Below are positions 8,441 through 17,592 of a DNA stretch of 64,000 nucleotides, piece after piece. How positions within the stretch are numbered: position 1 is the stretch's first letter; each line of letters starts with the position of its first letter. Made by a program: the position numbers and the translations under genes. The stretch covers positions 90,701-154,700 of the forward strand of contig PAQM01000012.1 in NCBI GenBank assembly GCA_002709305.1, read 5' to 3'. Source of the DNA: Crocinitomicaceae bacterium (lineage in GTDB: Bacteria > Bacteroidota > Bacteroidia > Flavobacteriales_D > Crocinitomicaceae). The notes under the pieces were generated by a model. It ran no database searches. It was not told where the DNA came from and was given only the letters and a program-made list of their open reading frames with translations.

Positions 8441-10516
8441 ATGACAAACAAAAAAAATAAAAAGAAAATACCATTCTCGGTATATTGGATTTACGCAATA
8501 ATCGCAGTTGGTATTATTGTATTTCAAATATTCATGTCGAATAGTTCTAATACAACTATTAAGTCAGAAGATGCTTTTTATGAATTAGCAAAACAAGGAT
8601 TCATTGATGAAGCATTTTTGGTAAATAAAGTACGATTAGATTTCTCATTAAATAGTGATGGAAAAGATTATATTAGAAGTTCTGATGACTCAAATTATAG
8701 CATCATTAAAGATGCTCTAGATAGAGGGTCCTCATTTGGTGGAAATCAATCTTTTTCTGTTGACATACTGGATGCAAGTGCTTTCACTATGGAAATAAAT
8801 AAAATTAAACTAGAGTTAAAAGAATCTGGTAAAAATCCAATCCAAGTTACATCCAAAGAAGAAATAAATTATATAAGCAATATAATAGGTTTCTTATTAC
8901 CAATAATAATTTTAATAGCAATTTGGTTGTTTGTTATGAGAAGAATGTCTGGAGGAGGTGGTGGTCCTGGTGGACAAATATTTAATATTGGAAAATCAAA
9001 AGCTAAAATATATGAAAATGGGAAAACAACTAATGTAACATTTAACGATGTAGCTGGTTTGGAGGGAGCAAAAGAAGAAATTGAAGAGATTGTAGAATTT
9101 TTAAAAAACCCAAAAAAATACACCCAATTGGGAGCAAAAATTCCAAAAGGAGCTTTACTCGTTGGACCTCCTGGAACAGGAAAAACATTACTTGCAAAAG
9201 CAGTTGCTGGTGAAGCCAAAGTTCCTTTCTTTTCTTTATCAGGATCAGATTTCGTTGAAATGTTTGTTGGAGTTGGAGCATCAAGAGTAAGAGATTTATT
9301 CAAACAAGCCAAAGAAAAATCTCCTTCAATCATATTTATAGATGAAATTGACGCTATAGGTCGCTCAAGAGGTAAAAATAACAGCTTTGGTTCAAACGAT
9401 GAACGTGAGAATACATTAAATCAACTTTTAACAGAAATGGATGGCTTTGGGACGAATTCTGGAGTAATCATTTTAGCTGCAACTAACCGTGCAGATGTTT
9501 TAGACAAAGCACTAACTCGTGCGGGTAGATTTGATCGTCAAATATACGTTGATATGCCCGATATTAATGAACGAAAAGGTATTTTTGAAGTTCATTTAAA
9601 ACCTATTAAGTTAACAAGTGATATAGACATAGATTTTCTATCTCGTCAAACACCTGGATTTTCAGGCGCAGACATAGCTAATCTTTGTAATGAAGCTGCA
9701 CTTATCGCTGCGCGTCAAAATAAAAAGTTAGTTGAAAAACAAGATTTTCTTGATGCAGTAGATAGAATTGTTGGGGGACTTGAGAAAAAAAATAAAATAA
9801 TTACACCTCAAGAAAAAAAATCTATTGCTTTTCATGAGGCAGGTCATGCTACAGTTTCTTGGATGCTTGAACATGCCAATCCACTTGTTAAGGTAACAAT
9901 TGTACCTCGCGGTCGTTCACTAGGAGCAGCCTGGTATCTTCCGGAAGAAAGAAGTATTACGACAACAGAACAAATATTAGATGATATCTGTGCTGCATTA
10001 GGTGGTCGAGCATCCGAAGAAATTACTTTTGGTAAGATAAGTACTGGAGCATTAAGTGACCTTGAAAAGGTTACAAAACAAGCTTATGCAATGGTATCTA
10101 TATATGGTCTAAATGAAAAAGTTGGAAATATATCTTTTTACGACTCTCAAGGTAATAATCAATTTACAAAACCATATTCTGATGATACTGCTGCAATTAT
10201 TGATGAAGAAGTCAGTAAATTAATTGAATCTCAATATAAAAGAGCTAAAAAAATCCTTAAAGAAAATGAAAGTAAATTAAAATTACTTGCTGAAAAACTA
10301 CTTGAAAAAGAAGTAATCTTTAAAGAAGACTTAATCTCTATCTTTGGCCCAAGAAAATGGGAAAAACCAGATGAAAAGGAATCTATTAAAAAGAAGGAAG
10401 AGAATAAGAAAACAGAAGAATCAGCTAAAAAAACTAGTGTGACAAAAAATAAAAGTAATGATGAAGCTCCTCCAAAAATGGAAAAAACTTCAAAAAAAAG
10501 TGAAAAAAAAGCCTAA
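8441..10516 (+). CDS. ftsH: ATP-dependent zinc metalloprotease FtsH
   Basis: Walker A '[11 protein letters not shown]', Walker B 'IIFIDEIDA', SRH '[19 protein letters not shown]', zinc site 'HEAGHA'. Lys-rich C-terminal tail. Confidence 0.97.
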   Translation: MTNKKNKKKIPFSVYWIYAIIAVGIIVFQIFMSNSSNTTIKSEDAFYELAKQGFIDEAFLVNKVRLDFSLNSDGKDYIRSSDDSNYSIIKDALDRGSSFGGNQSFSVDILDASAFTMEINKIKLELKESGKNPIQVTSKEEINYISNIIGFLLPIIILIAIWLFVMRRMSGGGGGPGGQIFNIGKSKAKIYENGKTTNVTFNDVAGLEGAKEEIEEIVEFLKNPKKYTQLGAKIPKGALLVGPPGTGKTLLAKAVAGEAKVPFFSLSGSDFVEMFVGVGASRVRDLFKQAKEKSPSIIFIDEIDAIGRSRGKNNSFGSNDERENTLNQLLTEMDGFGTNSGVIILAATNRADVLDKALTRAGRFDRQIYVDMPDINERKGIFEVHLKPIKLTSDIDIDFLSRQTPGFSGADIANLCNEAALIAARQNKKLVEKQDFLDAVDRIVGGLEKKNKIITPQEKKSIAFHEAGHATVSWMLEHANPLVKVTIVPRGRSLGAAWYLPEERSITTTEQILDDICAALGGRASEEITFGKISTGALSDLEKVTKQAYAMVSIYGLNEKVGNISFYDSQGNNQFTKPYSDDTAAIIDEEVSKLIESQYKRAKKILKENESKLKLLAEKLLEKEVIFKEDLISIFGPRKWEKPDEKESIKKKEENKKTEESAKKTSVTKNKSNDEAPPKMEKTSKKSEKKA

Positions 10517-10712
10517 TTGGGTAACCGTATTTCAAACTACAGATGAATATATGGTCCACATTTACAAATTGAAATTAGAAGACAATAATATTCCTGTCTC
10601 TATTTTTAATCAAATTGATTCATCCTATAATGCTTTCGGTTACATATATTTAAGTGTTCCTTTAAAAGACGAAAAAAATGCACTTGAATTAATTAATAAT
10701 GAAAATGAATAA
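10458..10712 (+). CDS. DUF2007-like small protein (putative signal-transducing-protein fold)
   Basis: 'WVTVFQTTDEYMVHIYKLKLEDNNIPVSIFN...YLSVPLKDEKNALELI' fits the DUF2007 pattern. The start is uncertain: ATG at 10458, GTG at 10500 or ATG at 10551. Confidence 0.6.
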   Translation: MMKLLQKWKKLQKKVKKKPNWVTVFQTTDEYMVHIYKLKLEDNNIPVSIFNQIDSSYNAFGYIYLSVPLKDEKNALELINNENE

Positions 10713-11541
10713 TATTTTAACACGATCTTTAACAGGAGCTATATTTATTTCTATAATATTAATACCATTATTTTTTTCTGAAATAATTTCAATCTTAGTG
10801 TTGGGATTATTTATGTCAATAGGTATAATAGAATTCTATAAATTGTTTAACAAAGCTGAATTTGTTAATACAAATTGGGTAGCTGGTTTGTTTTTTTCTG
10901 TTTTATCATATGTAATTATATCTTCTATTCTATTTTCACTTTTACCACTAGAGACTTTTTATATATTATTTCCAACACTGTATTCCTTGATAATTATAGA
11001 AATATGGAGAAAAAAGACAAATCCATTAATTAATAGCGCTTCATTAATATTTGGAATTATCTATATCACATTACCTTTTATTCTAATGGTATCTATTCTA
11101 AAAATAGATATGCAAAAAGACAATAATACAATACCAATACTTGCGGGAATGTTTATACTAACATGGATTAATGACACATTTGCATATTTATTAGGTTCTA
11201 TTTTAGGTAAAAGAAAATTATTCAAACGTATATCTCCAAACAAAACATGGGAAGGGACATTAAGTGGTGCTTTTTGTAGCATAATATTTGGAATTATTAT
11301 TGGTTACTTATTTGATCCAACAAATATGTTCTTTTGGTTTATAACAGGAGTAATAATTCCACCGTGTGGAGTTCTTGGAGACTTAATGGAATCTATGTTT
11401 AAAAGAGATGTTGATATTAAAGATACTAGTAATATTATGCCTGGACATGGGGGTATCTTAGATAGATTCGATTCTACATTTTTTGTTGTTCCATTTTTCT
11501 TTACTTGGACAATAATCTATTTTTTATTTAACATATATTAG
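10699..11541 (+). CDS. cdsA: Phosphatidate cytidylyltransferase
   Basis: Polytopic membrane protein with the CDS signature 'SPNKTWEGTLSG' ... 'GDLMESMFKRDVDIKD...PGHGGILDRFDS'. Confidence 0.92.
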   Translation: MKMNNILTRSLTGAIFISIILIPLFFSEIISILVLGLFMSIGIIEFYKLFNKAEFVNTNWVAGLFFSVLSYVIISSILFSLLPLETFYILFPTLYSLIIIEIWRKKTNPLINSASLIFGIIYITLPFILMVSILKIDMQKDNNTIPILAGMFILTWINDTFAYLLGSILGKRKLFKRISPNKTWEGTLSGAFCSIIFGIIIGYLFDPTNMFFWFITGVIIPPCGVLGDLMESMFKRDVDIKDTSNIMPGHGGILDRFDSTFFVVPFFFTWTIIYFLFNIY

Positions 11542-11587
11542 TTCAATAAATTCCTTTATCGTAAATTAGATTAAAATAATTTAAATT

Positions 11588-11842
11588 ATGAAAAAAGTTT
11601 TTTTAATACTCTCTTTATTTTGTTTTATAGGAACATCTAGTTTTGCTTCAGTTGAAGTTAACACAAATGTTCAAACTGAATTAAATAAAGATGACGACAG
11701 AAAAAAGAAGAAAAAGAAAAAATGTAAAAAATCAGCTTGTTCCAAAGACACTAAGTCAAATTGTAGTGACACTAAAGCTGAAACTAAAAGCTCTTGCTCT
11801 TCTGCAACAACAAAAAAGTCTTGTTGTTCAAAGAAAAAATAA
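11588..11842 (+). CDS. Small exported Lys/Ser/Cys-rich protein of unknown function
   Basis: Signal peptide 'MKKVFLILSLFCFIGTSSFA'. The mature ~63 aa carries a K7 run and 8 Cys (CKKSAC, NC, SC, SCC). A hairpin terminator follows. Confidence 0.6.
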   Translation: MKKVFLILSLFCFIGTSSFASVEVNTNVQTELNKDDDRKKKKKKKCKKSACSKDTKSNCSDTKAETKSSCSSATTKKSCCSKKK

Positions 11843-11860
11843 ATAATTCTTTTTATTATA

Positions 11861-11893
11861 AAAAAGCGGAAAAATTAATTTTTCGCTTTTTTT
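11861..11893. terminator. Bidirectional hairpin between the convergent small ORF and xth
   Basis: AAAAAGCGGAAAAATT/AATTTTTCGCTTTTTTTT: an imperfect stem with one bulged G, flanked by A- and T-runs. It abuts the xth stop. Confidence 0.55.
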
Positions 11894-12657
11894 TATCCTA
11901 TTTTTAATAAAACCGGACAATGATCAGATCCCATAATTTGATTTAATATGTTAGCTTCTTTAATAGATAATTGTAAAGAATTAGAAACCAAAAAATAATC
12001 AATTCTCCAGCCTATATTTCTATACCTTGCCCCTCCTCTATAACTCCACCAAGAATATTTAATTTCATGATTATTCTTTAATCTAAATGTATCTACAAAT
12101 CCATTTTCTATATATGCATCTAACCCATCTATTTCCTCTTGCATATAACCTGCTGATTTATTATAATTTGCTTTTGGTCTAGCTAAATCAATAGATTTAT
12201 GTGCAACATTTAAATCTCCACAAATAATAACTGGTTTGCTCTTCTCAAGATTTTTAACATATTTTAAAAAATCCATATCCCACCTTTGACGATAATCTAA
12301 TCTTTTCAATTCACTCCCAGAATTTGGTGTATAAACTGTAATTAAAAAATAAGAATCAAATTCTGCACAAATAACTCTACCTTCAGAATCATGTTCTTCA
12401 ACACCAATATCATAAGAAACAGAAATTGGTGACACCTTTGAAATTATTGCCGTACCTGAATAACCCTTCCTCTCAGCTTCATTAGCATAAATTTCATAGT
12501 CACTAAATGCCTCTGAAACTGTTTCTTTCACCTGTTCTACAGTAGCCTTTGTCTCTTGTAAACAAATAACATCAGGATTTAACTTATGCATATCTTCAAA
12601 AAAAGTTTTTTTTGAAATTGCTCTTATTCCATTTACATTAAAAGATAGAATTTCCAT
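11893..12657 (-). CDS. xth: Exodeoxyribonuclease III (AP endonuclease)
   Basis: 'SFNVNGIRA', 'DVICLQETK', 'ICGDLNVAH', 'WWSYRGGARYRNIGWRIDY', 'GSDHCPV' are canonical ExoIII/APE1 motifs. Confidence 0.95.
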   Translation of the reverse strand: MEILSFNVNGIRAISKKTFFEDMHKLNPDVICLQETKATVEQVKETVSEAFSDYEIYANEAERKGYSGTAIISKVSPISVSYDIGVEEHDSEGRVICAEFDSYFLITVYTPNSGSELKRLDYRQRWDMDFLKYVKNLEKSKPVIICGDLNVAHKSIDLARPKANYNKSAGYMQEEIDGLDAYIENGFVDTFRLKNNHEIKYSWWSYRGGARYRNIGWRIDYFLVSNSLQLSIKEANILNQIMGSDHCPVLLKIG

Positions 12658-12676
12658 AAAATCATATTAAAAAAAT

Positions 12677-12706
12677 AAAAAAGAGTCTAATAAATAGACT
12701 CTTTTT
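12677..12706 (-). terminator. Rho-independent terminator closing the seven-gene exported-protein operon
   Basis: On the minus strand: GAGTCTA-TTTAT-TAGACTC followed by TTTTTTATTTTTTT, about 27 nt after the stop of 12733-13230. Confidence 0.7.
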
Positions 12707-12732
12707 AAAATTACTTATTATTAATAAATAAT

Positions 12733-13230
12733 TTATCTCATTATACCATCTTTAAGTAACTTCTTTTTTAATTCACTACGAAGTACTCTTATAACTACAC
12801 CATGTGTAACACTCTGTGAACCTCTTTTTCTACTTCTCCAAACCTTGGCAAAAAATATTCTTTCATCCTTAAGATTAACAAAGTTTAGATATGGTCCTTC
12901 GTCAACAAAAAATTTATTGAAATAGTCACTATACTTATCTAATGCATTTGGTTCAGAAATTAATGGTCTTCTATCACACTCATCTCTTCCATAACTTATA
13001 CCTTTAAAAATAACATCTCGAATACCATTTTTCTTTGCTTGTTCAACAGCATCCCATCGATGTCTTCCATTACCCCATGCTTTAAGTGTTAAAGACCCAT
13101 CAAGTTCAGTACCATAACATTCAGTATTATACTCGAAATTACCTGCTACCTTATTTTGAGAGCCACAAGAAAAAAATAAGGGACTTAAAAATAATAGGGA
13201 CAATACTGAGTAATATTTCATTTTTTTCAT
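12733..13230 (-). CDS. Exported lipoprotein of unknown function (module 2, divergent third copy of the ~145-aa domain)
   Basis: Lipobox 'LSPLFFSC|GSQ'. It shares 'EQAKKN..IFKG', 'FF', 'Y.NFVNL' and 'LRSELKKKL' blocks with 13257-13760 and 17593-18129. Confidence 0.85.
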   Translation of the reverse strand: MKKMKYYSVLSLLFLSPLFFSCGSQNKVAGNFEYNTECYGTELDGSLTLKAWGNGRHRWDAVEQAKKNGIRDVIFKGISYGRDECDRRPLISEPNALDKYSDYFNKFFVDEGPYLNFVNLKDERIFFAKVWRSRKRGSQSVTHGVVIRVLRSELKKKLLKDGIMR

Positions 13231-13256
13231 AACTATAAATTTATATTAAATTAAAA

Positions 13257-13760
13257 CTAAAAACCATTGGATAAACCTTTTATAACTCCAGCTGATTCTA
13301 AATATTTTCTTAATGCTGCTACTTGGACTGAAACAACAACACCCACCTTATATTCTCTACCAATTTTTATTCTATCACCAGGGAGAATAGTACCATCAGT
13401 AGTTAAACTAACAAATTGCATATATCTACCATTTTTCCCAAAAAACTGATCAAAAAAAGATTTTTGTTGCTCATCTAAAATAGGATTCCTTGCTAATGGT
13501 GGTTGTCCTATTACACCTTTACTGGATGGATAACCCTTAAATATTATACCATGTACAGCATTTTTTTTAGTTTGCTCAAGAGCTATTCTTGGCTTTTTTG
13601 AATATTGCCATGACTTAACTAAATAAGTACCCATAGAACCTTGACCAACACCTTCTATTTCATACCTCCAATTTCTAGTATCCTTATTAGCTTTTTTTCT
13701 AGTCTGAGAAAAAGATGAAAAAGTAAAAATCAAAAAAAGTGGAAGAATAAAATGTTTCAT
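13257..13760 (-). CDS. Exported protein of unknown function (module 2 copy of the ~145-aa domain)
   Basis: Signal peptide '...FSSFSQ|TRKK'. By eye it is about 50% identical to 17593-18129 (WRYEIE, KKNAVHGIIFKG, DRIKI, LRKYLE.AG, C-terminal GLSNGF). Confidence 0.88.
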   Translation of the reverse strand: MKHFILPLFLIFTFSSFSQTRKKANKDTRNWRYEIEGVGQGSMGTYLVKSWQYSKKPRIALEQTKKNAVHGIIFKGYPSSKGVIGQPPLARNPILDEQQKSFFDQFFGKNGRYMQFVSLTTDGTILPGDRIKIGREYKVGVVVSVQVAALRKYLESAGVIKGLSNGF

Positions 13761-13777
13761 ATATTAAAAATAAATAT

Positions 13778-15547
13778 TTATATGTGAATTCTTAAGGAAA
13801 TAGTATTAATAAAATTAAAACGTGATCTTTTTATATCCTCTCCCATTTCACTAATTGTCCTAAATTCAGATTCAGATTCATCGTCATCATCATTTGCATT
13901 ACTTTCCCATGCAGCAATATTAACTCCTATAGAAGGTTTATAAAAAATTGATACACTAGGTACAATATGAAAGCCTAAACCAATACCAAATCTAGTATCA
14001 ACAATTACAGGAGATGGTTCATACTCCTCGTCTTCAAAATCTTGATCTTCGCCATCCTTATTTGAAAAAGATAAAAATCCAGCATTAACTGAAAAATTAG
14101 GATAAAGAAAAAGATTCCCTCTTTTTGTTAAATAAATTGCTCTTGCAAATTCTAAACCAACCAATAATGAATATCCATCAGGGGAAATTGTAACTCTTGT
14201 CGCTGTATCAGCATCATAATTTCCACCATAATTATATACATAATTTAAATCTTGAAAGGTAGATGCCCCTATAGACAAACCTACATAGGCTGCACTTCTT
14301 TTTCCAAAGGGACCAAATCCAATAGACAAACTATAAGAACTTAGATTTAAGGGGGCTGTACTAAGATTATAATTAAAATCGAAATTAATTTTTTTATCTA
14401 ACTCTTCATAAATCATCATTCCGTTATATAATGAACGACCACCTCTCTGTAAAAAATTTGATGCTAGAGAATTATCTTTTTCATTATTTACTACTGAATT
14501 CACATATAATACCCCCTTTCTTCTTAATAGTGTTTCACCATCTCTTTTTTGAATTTTTTCGTAAGCAAAATACCTATCGTTATTTCTAATTCCTTCTTTA
14601 GTTCCAATTTTAGATTTACATGGATATGTAGAAGATAAAACATTAAATATTTTAAATTCAGGTACATTTTGTACGATTGATTTATTAGTTTGATTAATAA
14701 TTCCAAGGGGCAAAGATGAAGTTAAAATTTTATTCATTTGCTCTTGAGTTGGTTCTATAAATCTTCCATTGCGTTTTGATTTTGACTTGCCAACTGATAC
14801 ATCTAATTGTAATTCTTCCCATACAACTTTTGAAGATAATTGTAGATTAGAAAAATTATCGATTTTTTTTACTCTCTCACTCTCTGGAGTATTTTCATCA
14901 ATCCAGCAATTTGTATAAAAATAGTTCAACATTTCAGGTGTCCAATTAACCTGCCTTAATTTAAAACCAAAATCACATAAATAGCCATATAATTTTCTTT
15001 CTATAGGTTTTTGATTTGATTCAGAAACCTCACCACCTAACTTTCTAGTTCTTTCGTTTCGTGCTTTTCTTTTTGCTTCCTTTCTATCGTAATAATCCTT
15101 ATATGTTTCAACCTTCTTTAAATCTATAGTCAAAATATAAACTTTACCTAACATCTCAGTAGCAATCTGAGTAAGAATTTGATCTTTATCTGCAGAATTA
15201 TTACTTATGAATGATTGAACGTCAGAGGATGCATATTCTGAAAATTCTAAAATTTTTCTAACATTAAATAGGTTATTTGAATCTTTATTAAAAAGATATG
15301 ATGTTATATCTTTAGCATATTCTGAAAAAATAGTATCTGATGCTATCGGTTTTTTAATTGGAATTATGTTTACCCTCTTTAATGTATTTTTAAAATTGAG
15401 TGTTGCTATCGAATTATTTATAACTTGAAAAAAGTTACCCTCTTTTTCAATGGTAGAAATTGACATACAAGGTCTAACATAAGTGCTAATTTGACTTTTA
15501 CTAGACCAAGATAAAATCAAAAAAAATAAAAAAATATAATACTTCAT
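13778..15547 (-). CDS. Exported protein of unknown function with an outer-membrane beta-barrel-like C-terminal third (module 2 large subunit)
   Basis: Signal peptide '...SWSSKSQ|IST'. The C-terminal ~200 aa has alternating hydrophobic strands (YSLSIGFGPF, RFGIGLGFHIV, FNFINTISLRIHI) and acidic loops. It shares motifs with 18141-19466. Confidence 0.85.
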   Translation of the reverse strand: MKYYIFLFFLILSWSSKSQISTYVRPCMSISTIEKEGNFFQVINNSIATLNFKNTLKRVNIIPIKKPIASDTIFSEYAKDITSYLFNKDSNNLFNVRKILEFSEYASSDVQSFISNNSADKDQILTQIATEMLGKVYILTIDLKKVETYKDYYDRKEAKRKARNERTRKLGGEVSESNQKPIERKLYGYLCDFGFKLRQVNWTPEMLNYFYTNCWIDENTPESERVKKIDNFSNLQLSSKVVWEELQLDVSVGKSKSKRNGRFIEPTQEQMNKILTSSLPLGIINQTNKSIVQNVPEFKIFNVLSSTYPCKSKIGTKEGIRNNDRYFAYEKIQKRDGETLLRRKGVLYVNSVVNNEKDNSLASNFLQRGGRSLYNGMMIYEELDKKINFDFNYNLSTAPLNLSSYSLSIGFGPFGKRSAAYVGLSIGASTFQDLNYVYNYGGNYDADTATRVTISPDGYSLLVGLEFARAIYLTKRGNLFLYPNFSVNAGFLSFSNKDGEDQDFEDEEYEPSPVIVDTRFGIGLGFHIVPSVSIFYKPSIGVNIAAWESNANDDDDESESEFRTISEMGEDIKRSRFNFINTISLRIHI

Positions 15548-15565
15548 TTCATTTTCTTATTTATT

Positions 15566-15601
15566 AAAAAACGGTTATCTATAAATAGACAACCGTTTTT
15601 T
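15566..15601 (-). terminator. Intra-operon hairpin with U-run (partial terminator, attenuator or RNA-processing site) between modules 1 and 2
   Basis: On the minus strand: AAAAAACGGTTGTCTA-TTTA-TAGATAACCGTTTTTT. The 12-bp stem includes one G-U pair that exists only on this strand, and T6 follows. Confidence 0.6.
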
Positions 15602-15619
15602 AAAAATTAATTTAATTTT

Positions 15620-16594
15620 TTACCACCAACCGACAGTATTATATGTAACATTTATATCTGGTTGATTGTTTCCATATGCTACTCCTATATCTCTAGCAGC
15701 TTTTATAGTGGCTTTTTGAATATTAACATCATCCTGTTGTTGTTTCAATTTAAAATCCCACTCACGCTTATCTAATTGTTTAATTCTAGTAGCTATCATA
15801 GAAGTAAGTTTCTTTGCATCACCAAAACATGAAGCGTTTGGATCTATTTCTGCAAGATAAGCGCTAGCATTTTTTGCTGCATCTGCATCTTGACCAGCAC
15901 TCCAAGCATTTTTTGCTTCGGCTAATTTACTTTTACATTCACGATCAATTTGTTTTTGATAAATTGGTGCTACTGCATCCATACACTTATCATAACATTC
16001 CTTACATACATCCGGCACAGAAGTCAATTTAAGAATTGCTTCTTCAAATTTATTTTGTCCTTCTAAAGTTTTTGCTTCTTTAATGAAGAAATCACATTGA
16101 GCATTATAGAATTCTATAATTTTCTCTTTACCCTCAGTAATAAGATCTTTCAAAGCAGGGTTTTTTGGATTTAATCTTTTTAAAGCAGCGATATATGCCT
16201 TATTCTCATTTTGACCAACTCCCTTAACCTGCATTGATGAATTAGCAAATAATTTTCCGTCTAATCCATCACCAATATAAAAAGTAACTTCCAAAGTTAA
16301 TGCATGCATTGGAGGTGCAGTAGGTGTTATATCTTTTGTTAAAACAGTTATGTTTGGAGTCAAAATAAATCTAGGATTTAAAGAACTCCCACCCATACCA
16401 TTTGCAGATGTAATCTGTGATAACTTATTAAGCAACATTCTTTTTGCATGAGAAGGAATTGCTTCTGCTTGAGGTGCTATATATGAATTAAGAACAATTC
16501 TTCCTAAATCATCTGACTTACCTTTCTTATTTTGTGCATTTACATTAGAAAATATAAATCCAACAAATAAAAGTGAAAATATTAATTTATACAT
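15620..16594 (-). CDS. Exported protein of unknown function (module 1), with a Cys-rich helical C-terminal half
   Basis: Signal peptide '...FSNVNAQ|NKKG'. Six Cys in the C-terminal half (CDFF, CKECYDKC, EC, SC). Ala/Lys-rich helices. C-terminus '...TVGWW'. Confidence 0.85.
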   Translation of the reverse strand: MYKLIFSLLFVGFIFSNVNAQNKKGKSDDLGRIVLNSYIAPQAEAIPSHAKRMLLNKLSQITSANGMGGSSLNPRFILTPNITVLTKDITPTAPPMHALTLEVTFYIGDGLDGKLFANSSMQVKGVGQNENKAYIAALKRLNPKNPALKDLITEGKEKIIEFYNAQCDFFIKEAKTLEGQNKFEEAILKLTSVPDVCKECYDKCMDAVAPIYQKQIDRECKSKLAEAKNAWSAGQDADAAKNASAYLAEIDPNASCFGDAKKLTSMIATRIKQLDKREWDFKLKQQQDDVNIQKATIKAARDIGVAYGNNQPDINVTYNTVGWW

Positions 16595-16611
16595 ATCTTT
16601 TTTATTTATTA

Positions 16612-17574
16612 TTATTTACCACCAAGGTATATAGTAGCTCTACCTAAACCTTTAGTTGTTACTTTACTAATAATTTCGAATTCATCCTTTAAATACTTAC
16701 TAAGATTTTTAGCAAAACGTCTTGTATCCATAGCTCTTTGCTTTCCGTTTCTTTCGTAATATAAAGGAATTCTTACTTGTTCAAACAACATCATGTTTTC
16801 TGTTGCATCTGTAGTATTAAATCGACCTTGAACAGTGTTATCTGCCATCCAATCTTCGATTAGAACACCTAGTTCTTCTTCATCATCACCATACTCTGTC
16901 TCTAAATCCTCATACCAATCGTCCCATTTTTTAATTCGAACTATTACTTCTCTACCATTAGCAAATAAATCTTCAAAATGAGTCATTAATAATGCATTAA
17001 AATTATCGATATGAGCTAGTACTGCTTCCTCTAATAATACTGCTAAAGTAGCTGAAAATGATGAGGGTCCAGTTCCTGTTGCACCTGCAATTTGTTTGTC
17101 TGTATATGCATCAATACCTTCTAAAATAAAAGTAACTGATTTTTCTGGTCCATTTTGGTTAACAGTCCAAGACATACCTATTATTATATCTGCTTTTGCT
17201 ACAGCCTTTAATTTATCAATTGGACTTTCACTAGCTCCCATTCCAGAATCTTTAGATGACATCATAGCATCTTCCGCACTATTTGATTCCAATGTCTTAA
17301 TAGCTTGTTCCATCAATTTTAGTGGGAAACCTCTTTCTGCCATCATATTACCAATAGTGGTAATAACTAATTTTAAGTCAGCATTTTCTTGAAAAGCTTG
17401 TTTATAATTAGGGATTTTCATTTTTGTTCCCTGATTATCAAACTCCATCATAAAACCATTTTGATTACACCAATTATCACTTGGCACAACCATTATAGTT
17501 GGTTTTTTTGCTTGAGAAAAAGCAACTAAACTAAAAACTAAGAAACCTAAAACTAAAAATATATTCTTTTTCAT
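16612..17574 (-). CDS. Exported protein of unknown function (module 1), acidic (possibly DUF6175-like; from memory only)
   Basis: Signal peptide '...LVAFSQ|AKKP'. Acidic stretch 'WDDWYEDLETEYGDDEEELGVLIEDW'. No catalytic motif recognised. Confidence 0.85.
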   Translation of the reverse strand: MKKNIFLVLGFLVFSLVAFSQAKKPTIMVVPSDNWCNQNGFMMEFDNQGTKMKIPNYKQAFQENADLKLVITTIGNMMAERGFPLKLMEQAIKTLESNSAEDAMMSSKDSGMGASESPIDKLKAVAKADIIIGMSWTVNQNGPEKSVTFILEGIDAYTDKQIAGATGTGPSSFSATLAVLLEEAVLAHIDNFNALLMTHFEDLFANGREVIVRIKKWDDWYEDLETEYGDDEEELGVLIEDWMADNTVQGRFNTTDATENMMLFEQVRIPLYYERNGKQRAMDTRRFAKNLSKYLKDEFEIISKVTTKGLGRATIYLGGK

Positions 17575-17592
17575 AATTTAAATTTTTATTAA

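Noticed and set aside
8869-9333. Antisense ORFs within ftsH (8869-9333, 9042-9284). Similar antisense or alternate-frame ORFs occur within other well-supported genes, for example 121-342, 1249-1482, 5823-6110, 20969-21184, 26201-26677, 27806-28186, 30182-30487, 38330-38533, 39266-39601, 45404-45667, 49182-49466, 51984-52202, 58302-58655 and 62152-62445.
   Set aside because: Each lies opposite or out of frame to a gene with unambiguous family motifs. Such shadow ORFs are common, and none shows a recognisable motif.
11699-11730. An A-rich run encoding K7 in the small secreted ORF, considered as a frameshift-prone tract or pseudogene signature.
   Set aside because: The reading frame is intact from the signal peptide to the stop. 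The run is interrupted by G residues (AAG/AAA mix), so it is not a pure homopolymer.
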